A stretch of DNA of 64,000 nt, from assembly GCA_964624855.1 (NCBI GenBank), contig CAZUZW010000003.1, positions 18,883 to 82,882 of the forward strand, in the 5' to 3' direction. Below the pieces are notes generated by a model. It did not search any database and was not told where the DNA came from. It worked only from the letters and a program-made list of their open reading frames with translations. Source of the DNA: an uncultured Vicinamibacteraceae bacterium (GTDB taxonomy: Bacteria > Acidobacteriota > Vicinamibacteria > Vicinamibacterales > UBA8438). The position numbers were made by a program, and so were the translations under genes. Below, one piece after another: positions 28,674 to 37,746 of the stretch (position 1 is the stretch's first letter; each line of letters starts with the position of its first letter).

Positions 28674-30203
28674 CTACTGCCCGCCGGTGGAGTTGGCCGC
28701 TTTCTTTGATGCCTCTTTGGCCTCAGCATCCCTCACGGCACGTTCCGCGTCTTGTAGGGCCAGCTGTGCCTCTTCAAGTTCGGTCAGAGGTGTCACCATG
28801 CAGAGCGGACATCCGATGACATGGTCGTTCTTTGTGAGGTTGTGCATCTCGCGTCGATTGTCCATCTCCTCTTGGAACTGTTCATCAGTCATCGCTACGC
28901 CGTGTCCCAAGTCGATGAACATGTTGCCAACCGAGCGATTTCCTGCCCCTTGCCAGTTGCGTGGGTCGGGAATATTGCGGTTGCCAGCTGTGTTATCCAT
29001 GTACCCGACAATATGGAGGATCGTTCCCTTTGGCAGCAGCGGCTCGTAGCCGCGCGCATACTCATATCCGCGCACCCAATTGTGGTCGTACCCTGCACAG
29101 GTGAGTGTTTCGATGTTGTGGCCCCAGATTGCTTCCAAACACATCCGCGCCCCTGGGGCATGTAGGTGTGGTTCAAACGTAGTGATTTTTGTGTTTTCCC
29201 CAAGTACCCGATATGCGTGAAGTTCTTGGCCCTTCATGTTCGGTTTGATCGAGATATCAATGCCGTTGGCCAGTCCCCGTGACGCACGGCGATACTTTGG
29301 CTTGTAGTCCCGTGGATGGAAGCGCCATCCGATCTCCAGCCGGGCTTTCGTGTCTTTACCGTTCGAGTGCAGATGGACAGAGTTGGACACAACCGTTGAG
29401 TTGGCTGGCAACAGTCGTGCACCGTCAGGGTCGAAGGTGTCGGCGTTGCGGCCAACTTCGTGTACTGGCCATCCCGTACTGACTTGACTGTCCGAACCGC
29501 GCGATTCTGATGCGTCGCCCGTCACATCGAGTACGCGTGTACTCCAGATCATGTGATGAAAAATAAAGCGTCCACCGACCGTCTCTCGCGTGTCCTCGGT
29601 ATCGAGTACATCATTGACCTCACGGATTTCCACAGACTCCACGTAGCGATCTTCGGTGTTCCCAACTGGTACCGACTCGATCTCACCCCACCAGTCGGGA
29701 GCATCTCCCGGCATCACGAGGTCCTCGGTCACCGTGATTAGGTCAGGTTCGCCTGCCGTCCAGACCTTTGCATTTAGATCAATTGGTGGTGGCATGTCAG
29801 CGGGATTGCCCTGTGGCGCGCCATTGTCAGCCCAGCTGGCCATCATCGCGATCTCTTCATCGCTGAGCGATGGATCCAGTTGGTATTCCTGAATGCCGAT
29901 GTTCCTCTCAACATACCAAGGTGGCATCACGCCGGCTACAGGCCCCATACCGGTTCGCATCTTTATGGCTCGCGCCCAAGGGCGAACTTCCTCATACGTG
30001 ATCAGAGACATTGGTGCGACCGAGTCGGGCTGGTGGCATTGCTGGCAGCTGCGCTGCAAAATAGGTGCGATATCTCTGGTGAATGTCACGTCACCGTCGT
30101 GGGCTGTGCGCGGTTGTGCAGACACCGGCGACACGAACGCCATCCCTACTAAGAGGGTCAGTGCCATCACGAGGGTTATAGCAGTGTTTCTGGTGCACAG
30201 CAT
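28674..30203 (-). CDS. Exported cytochrome c / copper type II (PHM/DBH-like) monooxygenase fusion
   Basis: Signal peptide; CQQCH heme motif and MPPW distal Met; FHHM, VHLH, PHLH and GNMF as candidate CuH/CuM ligands. Confidence 0.75.
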   Translation of the reverse strand: MLCTRNTAITLVMALTLLVGMAFVSPVSAQPRTAHDGDVTFTRDIAPILQRSCQQCHQPDSVAPMSLITYEEVRPWARAIKMRTGMGPVAGVMPPWYVERNIGIQEYQLDPSLSDEEIAMMASWADNGAPQGNPADMPPPIDLNAKVWTAGEPDLITVTEDLVMPGDAPDWWGEIESVPVGNTEDRYVESVEIREVNDVLDTEDTRETVGGRFIFHHMIWSTRVLDVTGDASESRGSDSQVSTGWPVHEVGRNADTFDPDGARLLPANSTVVSNSVHLHSNGKDTKARLEIGWRFHPRDYKPKYRRASRGLANGIDISIKPNMKGQELHAYRVLGENTKITTFEPHLHAPGARMCLEAIWGHNIETLTCAGYDHNWVRGYEYARGYEPLLPKGTILHIVGYMDNTAGNRNIPDPRNWQGAGNRSVGNMFIDLGHGVAMTDEQFQEEMDNRREMHNLTKNDHVIGCPLCMVTPLTELEEAQLALQDAERAVRDAEAKEASKKAANSTGGQ

Positions 30204-30420
30204 TGCTTACACTCCTTTGGTCTCAGAAATTTCCCACTGAACAACAGCGATTATTCACTAGAACTGTACGTCTAGATTATATCGTTGTCAATCACTATAA
30301 CTTGTTGAAATGTAAACGATTACAGACGTTCTCGAGCCTTTCAGTTCACGCTAGCATGTATGAGCCTGCAAGGTTCTTTTTACTGAGCTGCAGGTCAGGC
30401 CATTGTAAGATTATCTTCGT

Positions 30421-31551
30421 ATGCGACATTTAAAAGTTTTAGCCATTTTAGTGTTGGTGTCCCTGTCGTTCGACTCGCTGTTAAGTCAGGACTTGGGGCC
30501 GACAGGGCCGAGTCCGTATGACGTCGTTGCCAATTGGCATAAACCCTTTGCCGAAGAGGGCTTTGCATTTGGCGGAAATTCTGGTGTGTTTGCCGAGTCT
30601 CCCGACAGGATATTTATCTCACAACGTGGAGAGACGAGACTCCCCAATCCGGTCCCGCCCGAGTTTGCCGGCTATGCGGGGTCGATTGGTATTAACGTGT
30701 TGAGTGATTCTGAATTTCGAACATGGCAGAACTGCCTGATGGTGGTTGACGGAGATGGCAATGTCCTTGAGGTGTGGGACCAGTGGGACCACTTGTGTGA
30801 CAGTGGGGAGGGGGGGCCCGGACCTCACAGGGTTCGAATCAGTCCCTATGACCCAGAACGTCGGGTATGGGTTGTCAATGAAACAAGACATCAAATTTTT
30901 GTGTTCTCTAATGACGGCAGTCAGTTGCTCATGACACTGGGTGAGAAAAACGTAGGTGGGAGTGACCAGACTCATTTTGGTCGTCCCCAGGACGTGGCGT
31001 TTCTACCTGACGGCAGAGTGTTGGTCGCGGATGGTCTTGATAATCACCGTGTGGTGATTTTGGATGGTCAAGGTAACTATCTGTCAGAATTCGGTGAATT
31101 CGGAGAAGGTCCAGGGCAGTTCAATGGCATACATGCGTTAGCCATAGGTCCTGACGGGCTAATTTTTGCTTTGGATCGGGCAAATGGTCGTGTCCAAGTG
31201 TTCAGACTGACGAGTGAAGCATCTGGAGATTACCACCCGGAAATCGACCATATTGATGTTTGGTCTGGATTCGGTCTTCCGCTCGACATCATTGTGAACA
31301 ACGAGCATGTTTGGGTGTCTGATCTGGGCCCCCTCAAGTTAGTAAAACTCGATTTTTCAGGAAATCGCTTATACACCTGGAATGTGTCGACCGAAGGGCC
31401 GACTGGATACTTAGAGGTACACACCATATCGGTAGATTCTGAAGGGAACTTGTATGGTGGGGACAACCAGCATGGACGCACACAAAAATTTGTGCCCAAG
31501 ACGGGGGCGGACCCGGCACTCATTATTGGCCCGCCATTTGTTGCCCGATGA
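30421..31551 (+). CDS. Exported NHL-repeat beta-propeller, peptidyl-alpha-hydroxyglycine lyase (PAL)-like
   Basis: Signal peptide; GPHRV, FGRPQDVAF, ADGLDNHRV, FNGIHALA, DRANGRVQVF, EVHTISVD. Confidence 0.78.
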   Translation: MRHLKVLAILVLVSLSFDSLLSQDLGPTGPSPYDVVANWHKPFAEEGFAFGGNSGVFAESPDRIFISQRGETRLPNPVPPEFAGYAGSIGINVLSDSEFRTWQNCLMVVDGDGNVLEVWDQWDHLCDSGEGGPGPHRVRISPYDPERRVWVVNETRHQIFVFSNDGSQLLMTLGEKNVGGSDQTHFGRPQDVAFLPDGRVLVADGLDNHRVVILDGQGNYLSEFGEFGEGPGQFNGIHALAIGPDGLIFALDRANGRVQVFRLTSEASGDYHPEIDHIDVWSGFGLPLDIIVNNEHVWVSDLGPLKLVKLDFSGNRLYTWNVSTEGPTGYLEVHTISVDSEGNLYGGDNQHGRTQKFVPKTGADPALIIGPPFVAR

Positions 31552-31698
31552 GTCACGGTAAACAATCGGCCATCGCGAATTAAATCGACGAATGACGGTG
31601 AGACCGGTCAAGAGTCTATGGTGGTTCAATACAGTCAAACCACTATTATTGTTCTTGAATCATCGATTCAGCTTGTTTGGTCAGTTTGCACGTAAGCA

Positions 31699-32634
31699 TT
31701 AACGGCGCGCTAACCGTTCCAGTCGCTCGAGTTCTTCAACAATAACTTGAATGTTTCGTCTGACACTGCCCGCATTTGAAGAGTCGTAGTCCGCGTACCG
31801 GCTTGGCTTTACCCAACTACTAGCGATTTCATCGACTGTCTTTCCCGCAGTTCGTCCTGCTCGTACCATTTCTAGGAAGTCGCGATTAAAAGCAGCCCAC
31901 TCGTTAAGATCTTCCCATGTCGCCTGGGTGCTGTGGCCGGTGATGATGGTGTCGACGTTTTCGATTGTATCGTGCGCCTTTTGTAGCGTGTCAGGGATGT
32001 CCACTCCGCTGCCACCGTTAGCTGCATCGAGAAACGGCACGCGTTTACCCAAGAAGGCGTCGCCTGCATGCAGCGTCCGGAGGGACGGAAAGACCACCCA
32101 TGCATCACCCCCTGTGTGGGCACGTCCAAAGTAATACAAGTCAATTTGGTCGCGACCGGTACCGAGTGACATTCGATCGGTGAAAGTGCGAGTAGGAAGT
32201 CCTTGGCCGTCCGTCTCTTCAAACACATTCACGGGTGGTTCAGTGCGACCCGTATACGGTCTCATTGCCTCCATATTGGCTTTTGTAACTTCATGCGCCG
32301 CGAATTCGACCGTGTTCGCAAACGCGGCGTTCCCGCTGACGTGGTCAGCGTGGCTGTGGGTATTGATGACGGTCGTGACTGGGTTGGACGTCAGTGTTTT
32401 GATTTCGTCAAGAATGGGTTGGCCCCAGCCAGGATTTTTTGAGTCGACAACGACGACCCCTTCTGTTGTGACGAAAACGGCAACGTTTCCACCACCGCCC
32501 TCTCCTCTGAATACGAACAAGTTGTCTCTCAGTTGTTCAACTTCGATGACTTTGGCTGATTCTTGTGCTCCGACGACCGACAGGCACAGTGTGCCCACAC
32601 CTAGTAACAAGGCAAGAACGATGTGCCGTTTCAT
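31699..32634 (-). CDS. Exported metallo-beta-lactamase-fold hydrolase
   Basis: AGGAGG SD before ATG 32634; signal peptide; THSHADH, AHTGGD, HAGD, TGH. Confidence 0.88.
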   Translation of the reverse strand: MKRHIVLALLLGVGTLCLSVVGAQESAKVIEVEQLRDNLFVFRGEGGGGNVAVFVTTEGVVVVDSKNPGWGQPILDEIKTLTSNPVTTVINTHSHADHVSGNAAFANTVEFAAHEVTKANMEAMRPYTGRTEPPVNVFEETDGQGLPTRTFTDRMSLGTGRDQIDLYYFGRAHTGGDAWVVFPSLRTLHAGDAFLGKRVPFLDAANGGSGVDIPDTLQKAHDTIENVDTIITGHSTQATWEDLNEWAAFNRDFLEMVRAGRTAGKTVDEIASSWVKPSRYADYDSSNAGSVRRNIQVIVEELERLERLARR

Positions 32635-32924
32635 ATGATGCCTCCTGTGTTTTTCTTCCAATCGTCCGACGCGTGCCGTCTGGAGAATACCTATGGTCAT
32701 CAGTGTACTCCTTCTAAATGTCTAATTTCACTTGATTAGCCTGATTTGGCTCCATAGACTGAGTATTGGTAGCACCTTCATTCGTGAGAAAAACTTCAGG
32801 CGTTCGGCAATCTCGGCTAAAATCAAGGGCTGAGATACAGGAAGGAGCGGCGCTGCCGTAGATCGGTCTAGGCAGGGTTAGTAGATAAATACTGCAGGAA
32901 TAAACGTTTTAGTGAAGGCCATTT

Positions 32925-33620
32925 TTGGTGGATTCTAGAGTGTTGTCTTCGTCGAACATTTCTCAAACTCACGATTTCGAACACATCGCACCTCCGCTGA
33001 CCGCGGATACGGTGTCAAACCATCGTCGGTTTAGATGGCGAGGTATCGTCGCAGCGTTGGTGTTGCTACCGTCCTTGGTAGTGATGCTGTTCTCAACGCC
33101 CTTTGTATTAGAAGGGTCGTGGATTGCTGGCGCAATTGAGGTAATGGCGTGGGTGACGTTTGTTGCCGGTACTATATTTCGGTTCTGGGCAACTTTGTAT
33201 ATCGGTGGCAGGAAAGAAAATATTCTGGTCACGGATGGCCCCTACTCCATCTGCCGCAACCCACTCTACTTAGGATCTTTTTTGTTAGCGTTGGCTACAG
33301 CTCTGTTTTTGCAGAGCTTGCTATGCGTCGTGGCCGTACTGATTGTGACGCTCATCTACATGCTGACCACTGTGCCCGTGGAAGAAGAATTTCTTAGAGT
33401 AAGGCATGGAGAGGAATACCAAGCTTACCTCGATACTGTGCCTCGCTATTGGCCGTCGGTCCAGCGGTTTGAGACGCCTGCTAACCTGACGATAGACATT
33501 CATCGCCTTAGACTTGAGTGCGCACGTGCGTCGAGATGGGTGTGGCTGCCCTTACTCGGCGTGTTACTGCCCTACCTTCGGGCTCAGCCGTGGTGGACAA
33601 TTTTGTTTCAAGTGTTTTAG
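32925..33620 (+). CDS. ICMT/PEMT-family membrane methyltransferase
   Basis: LVTDGPYSICRNPLYLG, EEEFL...GEEYQAYLDTVPRY. Confidence 0.85.
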   Translation: MVDSRVLSSSNISQTHDFEHIAPPLTADTVSNHRRFRWRGIVAALVLLPSLVVMLFSTPFVLEGSWIAGAIEVMAWVTFVAGTIFRFWATLYIGGRKENILVTDGPYSICRNPLYLGSFLLALATALFLQSLLCVVAVLIVTLIYMLTTVPVEEEFLRVRHGEEYQAYLDTVPRYWPSVQRFETPANLTIDIHRLRLECARASRWVWLPLLGVLLPYLRAQPWWTILFQVF

Positions 33621-33632
33621 TGGGTTTGGTGC

Positions 33633-35567
33633 TTAGCGGTTTCTCAATTCGAGTTCTCGTGCTCGATTGAGGGCTTCCTGCGCTTCTGTCTGTTTTCCCT
33701 GTTCGGCTAGAGCCTGACCCAGGCCCTCGAACGCCTCGCCAAAGTCTGGCCGTAGCTCGAGAGTTCTTCTGAATTCCAACTCGGCATCCGAAAATTGTCG
33801 ACGAGCTAAGAAGATATTTCCTAAATTGAAATGGGCACCGCTGTGGTCAGGGTCTAGATCGAGAGTGCGGCGATAATATCGACTGGCTTCATCAAGGTTT
33901 CCAGCCAAATGAAACAGGCTGCCTAAGTTGTTGTTGGCCTCAACGAAAGTTGGGTCCAAGTCGAGGGCGCGCTGGTAGTAGTACATCGCTTCATCCCTCT
34001 TGTCTTGAAGCGCTAAAGCAGTTCCCAATCGGTAATAAACGGTCGGTTTAGTCGGGTCTAGGCGAGCAGCTTCTTCCAGGTGTCTGATCGCCTCGTCTAC
34101 TCGCCCCACCGCTGCGAGACTGGTCGCAAAGTTTTCATGGTTTTCACTACTGGGATTATCAGTCAGCTTCTTTTGTGTTCCCGCTAGTATGATCTCAGAG
34201 ACCTTTCGCCGGACGTCTTGGGCCAGTGTGGTTCGGTCCGTAGATCTCACCGGAACTACCTGTAATGTCAGTTCGGCCATTTCGTCAGTAGACCGGGGGC
34301 CAAAACGTACGCGTTTTGGAGGAGTGTGCGGGTTTCTGTGATTGTTCGTGGAGTTGTCAAAAACATATCGCATACGAATTGTTGTTCCTGCTGGTAAGCG
34401 GATGTTTTCGGTATATCGGTATTCGTCTTGCCAATTAAAATCCCAGTCGTCGATTTGAATTAGTTGCCGAACAGTACCGTTGGGCAATCGTGCTGATGCT
34501 CGGATTTGCTTCGCTAGAAAATGAGCGTGCGGGTAAATAGCAAGCAAGTCGACGTCAACAGGTAGTTGATAGGTGTCTTCGACCACGTGAGTGGCATCTC
34601 CAGCTGGAACATCAATTGTTTGTGATCCAAGTTGGATGATGGCGGGCGTGACGGTTGGTGGTTTGTCAGTAAAGAAGAGACCGACAGACAGTTGGAGGTT
34701 CACCGGTATATTACGTGACACAAGGTGTGTCTTAACGACTAAGTCGGTGCCGGGCTCGAGTAGCCAGGCCAACTCCTCTGGAGCATTACCCGCTAGTGTG
34801 CCTGGCGCCCAACCTAGAAAGTGGCCGTCTGGGAACTCGGTGCCATCGGTGGACGGTTCGTCATACCCGACTAAGTCGTCGGCATTGTCCTGACGTTGCG
34901 CTCTGCCGGTTGTATCGATCATTAATCGGGCGTGATGGATTCCTTGGGTTGTGGAGGGTTTTAGTTCGATTGCGGCAACGAAACGTCGTTCTTCAACTGG
35001 AATCGGGATCACAAAATTTCGATAGATCTCACTGTCTGGCGCCAGAGCATACGACGTTGGCATCGTTACAACGAGGTCGGGGATTCCCGAGTGCCACCCT
35101 TCAGGCCACACCGGTGATACTGGAGTTATCTGTGGGTTACCTTCCGGCGCACCAGCATCAACCCACCGGCGAATCAGTTCAACGTCGTTGTCTTGCAGAC
35201 GGCGTTCTCCTCGAAAGCGTTCACTGACTGATTCAGGTTTCCACGGGGGCATGTTGCCACTCTGTACAACTTGGGCAATCTGCTCGGCGCGACCTTTAAC
35301 AGCGTCGAACGTTGTCAGACTGAACGGAGCGATGGCACTGGGCCGGTGACAAACCACGCAGTGGGTGTTCAGAATCGACGCAATTTGTCCAGCGTAGGTA
35401 ACTGTGCCTGACGATAGGTCTTGAGCAAGACCCCAATTAGCCCACAGACATATGGCGACAATGCCGGCGGTTGTAGCCAACGGTTTTCTGGGGGCAACTG
35501 CTCGGTCTAATTGCTTTGCCACGGTGTTCCCTCTGGCCGTTAAGCGAAGTGTCACCAACACTAGCAC
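33633..35567 (-). CDS. Cytochrome c / copper type II monooxygenase-like protein with C-terminal TPR repeats
   Basis: CVVCH, MPPW, IHHA, KTHL, PHAH, WDFNWQ, DEM; about 5 TPRs (e.g. ANNNLG..LF, AHFNLG); start uncertain. Confidence 0.8.
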   Translation of the reverse strand: MLVLVTLRLTARGNTVAKQLDRAVAPRKPLATTAGIVAICLWANWGLAQDLSSGTVTYAGQIASILNTHCVVCHRPSAIAPFSLTTFDAVKGRAEQIAQVVQSGNMPPWKPESVSERFRGERRLQDNDVELIRRWVDAGAPEGNPQITPVSPVWPEGWHSGIPDLVVTMPTSYALAPDSEIYRNFVIPIPVEERRFVAAIELKPSTTQGIHHARLMIDTTGRAQRQDNADDLVGYDEPSTDGTEFPDGHFLGWAPGTLAGNAPEELAWLLEPGTDLVVKTHLVSRNIPVNLQLSVGLFFTDKPPTVTPAIIQLGSQTIDVPAGDATHVVEDTYQLPVDVDLLAIYPHAHFLAKQIRASARLPNGTVRQLIQIDDWDFNWQDEYRYTENIRLPAGTTIRMRYVFDNSTNNHRNPHTPPKRVRFGPRSTDEMAELTLQVVPVRSTDRTTLAQDVRRKVSEIILAGTQKKLTDNPSSENHENFATSLAAVGRVDEAIRHLEEAARLDPTKPTVYYRLGTALALQDKRDEAMYYYQRALDLDPTFVEANNNLGSLFHLAGNLDEASRYYRRTLDLDPDHSGAHFNLGNIFLARRQFSDAELEFRRTLELRPDFGEAFEGLGQALAEQGKQTEAQEALNRARELELRNR

Positions 35568-35727
35568 AGGCCATGATGTTGCAATGAAACCGAATCTCGG
35601 TGCAAGCCTCTAGCGAGAATCCTCGAGTCGGTCCGCGGTCGGTGCATTGTCTAGTCTCGTGGTACCATCCGCCAGACGGTTGAGTATCCAGTTGGCGGTC
35701 GTCCAGAGTGGAGTATGTATCGGTTGT

Positions 35728-37527
35728 ATGAGTAACCAGACAGTTATGCGTCTCTGTTCGTACACAGTGGCTATAGCCATGTCCTGTCTGGGGTGTGCAG
35801 GGGAGTCTGTTCAAGAGTTTTCTGACGAGTCGGTGACCACCGGTGGTCCGGTTCTTACTGATGGTCCTCCTGGGGACGACACACCCGGCTGGTTTACGGA
35901 AAGGGCCGAGGCGACTGGCTTACGGTTTACCCACCTCAACGGCATGTCTGGTGAGTTCTTTTTTCCAGAGATGATTCCTGGCGGTGTCGGGGTGCTTGAC
36001 TACGACAATGATGGTGATCTCGATGTGTATTTGGTTCAGGGACGTATGCTTGGGGATCAGGTTGGCTTGGACCGGTCACTCCTTGAACCGGATTCTACAT
36101 TTGAGCTTGGCGGTCGATTGTTTCGCAACGACTTAGACCCGACGACCGGTGACCCAGCTTCACTCCGGTTCACGGACGTCACCGAGGAGAGTGGAATTGA
36201 AACGTTTGAGTATGGAATGGGGGTCGCAGCCGGTGACGTCGACAATGATGGGTGTATAGATATCTATTTGACGAATTTTGGACCGAACCAGTTATTACGT
36301 AATAACTGTGACGGTACGTTTAGTGATGTTTCAGCTGAAAGTGGCACTAACGATCCTGGTTGGGCTGTTTCAGCGTCGTTTGTTGATTACGACCGTGACG
36401 GTTGGTTGGATCTATATGTTGGTAATTATCTGCAATACCAAATTGAAACGGACCAACCCTGCACTGGCTTGACCGGTCGTCGTGACTACTGCACGCCCGA
36501 CCTCTACACACCACAAGCGGATCGTTTGTATCAAAACCAGAGGAACGGTCAGTTCGTTGATATTACGTCTATGGCTTTGTTTGGAACCGATCATGGCCCG
36601 GCGTTAGGGGTATCGACGGCGGATTTTGATTCTGACGGTTGGGTCGATATTTATGTGGCGAATGATGGCGGTGACAATCTTCTCTGGATGAATCAAGGGG
36701 ATGGCACGTTGTCTCACTTGGGTTTGCTGTCGGGTGTTGCGCTAAGTGGTGACGGCACTGCAGAGGGCAGTATGGGTGTGGATGCGGCTGACTTTGACAA
36801 TGATGGCGATCCAGACCTGTTCATGACTCACTTACCGGCTGAGGGCAATAACTTGTATCTCAATAACGGGTCAGGCGTATTCGAAGATGTCAGTGGCCGA
36901 GTGGGCCTTGGGCCCTTGAGCCTCGGGCGGACTGGTTTTGGTACGGCGTGGCTAGATGTCGATAACGACGGGTGGCTTGACGTTGTAGCTGTGAACGGTG
37001 CCATAGAGGCAATTGAGGGGCGCCTAGGTGAAGCTTTTCCTTACGACGAGCAAAACTCGCTTTTCCTAAACCTTCGAAACGGCCGGTTCGACGACGTGAC
37101 GAATCAGGCTGGTGCGGCCTTTAATCTGTCTGAAGTCAGTCGCGGCGCAGCGGTCGGAGATCTCGACAATGATGGTGATACTGACATTGTTGTGAGTAAC
37201 AATAGTGGACCCGTTCGACTGTTAATAAATGAAGTTGGTCAGCGTGCGCACTGGCTCGGATTAGACCTTCGCCAAGAAGGGTCGCGATATGCCATAGGTG
37301 CGCGAGTTGAGGTAACCCGATCAACCGAGCCACCGGTCTGGCGGCGAGTACGGTCCGATGGTAGTTACGCCTCGGCAAGTGACTCCAGAGTGCTGGTCGG
37401 GTTGGGTCAGTCGTCTGAACTTCCTGCGGTTCAGGTGTTTTGGCCGAGTGGTCGAGTGGAACTGTGGCCCGATGTTGAGATTGACCGTTACGTGACGCTT
37501 GCCGAAGGGCAGGGACTCGAACAATGA
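35728..37527 (+). CDS. FG-GAP/VCBS repeat plus ASPIC-UnbV (CRTAC1-like) probable lipoprotein
   Basis: Repeated DxDNDGxxD Ca-blade motifs; C-terminal AIGARVEV...GSYAS...GLG...WPSG; lipobox-like CLGC. Confidence 0.88.
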   Translation: MSNQTVMRLCSYTVAIAMSCLGCAGESVQEFSDESVTTGGPVLTDGPPGDDTPGWFTERAEATGLRFTHLNGMSGEFFFPEMIPGGVGVLDYDNDGDLDVYLVQGRMLGDQVGLDRSLLEPDSTFELGGRLFRNDLDPTTGDPASLRFTDVTEESGIETFEYGMGVAAGDVDNDGCIDIYLTNFGPNQLLRNNCDGTFSDVSAESGTNDPGWAVSASFVDYDRDGWLDLYVGNYLQYQIETDQPCTGLTGRRDYCTPDLYTPQADRLYQNQRNGQFVDITSMALFGTDHGPALGVSTADFDSDGWVDIYVANDGGDNLLWMNQGDGTLSHLGLLSGVALSGDGTAEGSMGVDAADFDNDGDPDLFMTHLPAEGNNLYLNNGSGVFEDVSGRVGLGPLSLGRTGFGTAWLDVDNDGWLDVVAVNGAIEAIEGRLGEAFPYDEQNSLFLNLRNGRFDDVTNQAGAAFNLSEVSRGAAVGDLDNDGDTDIVVSNNSGPVRLLINEVGQRAHWLGLDLRQEGSRYAIGARVEVTRSTEPPVWRRVRSDGSYASASDSRVLVGLGQSSELPAVQVFWPSGRVELWPDVEIDRYVTLAEGQGLEQ

Positions 37528-37746
37528 GGAGCGGCTGGAGAAGAATAGAATCCTTAAACGAGATTCGCTTGTCCCTCGAATTCGGTCGCACCGGTGGTCT
37601 TCGGAAGTAACGATCTTCGTATTCCCCAACAAACTGGTATCGCACTAGTGAGTCGCCTGTAAAGGAAGTATCTGTCTGATCGCTTGCATTAGACAGGGAG
37701 ACATCAGACCGTGTTAGCATCGACTAGAAGTCTTTTCTTGTGTCGT

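Noticed and set aside
27685..30240. Many overlapping antisense or alternate-frame ORFs (also across 39.6-42 kb)
   Set aside because: Shadow ORFs of GC-rich coding genes, with no motifs.
31699..32634. Calling the MBL-fold genes antibiotic-resistance beta-lactamases
   Set aside because: The HxHxDH plus Asp-bridged site is the general MBL-hydrolase pattern; the fold alone does not imply resistance.
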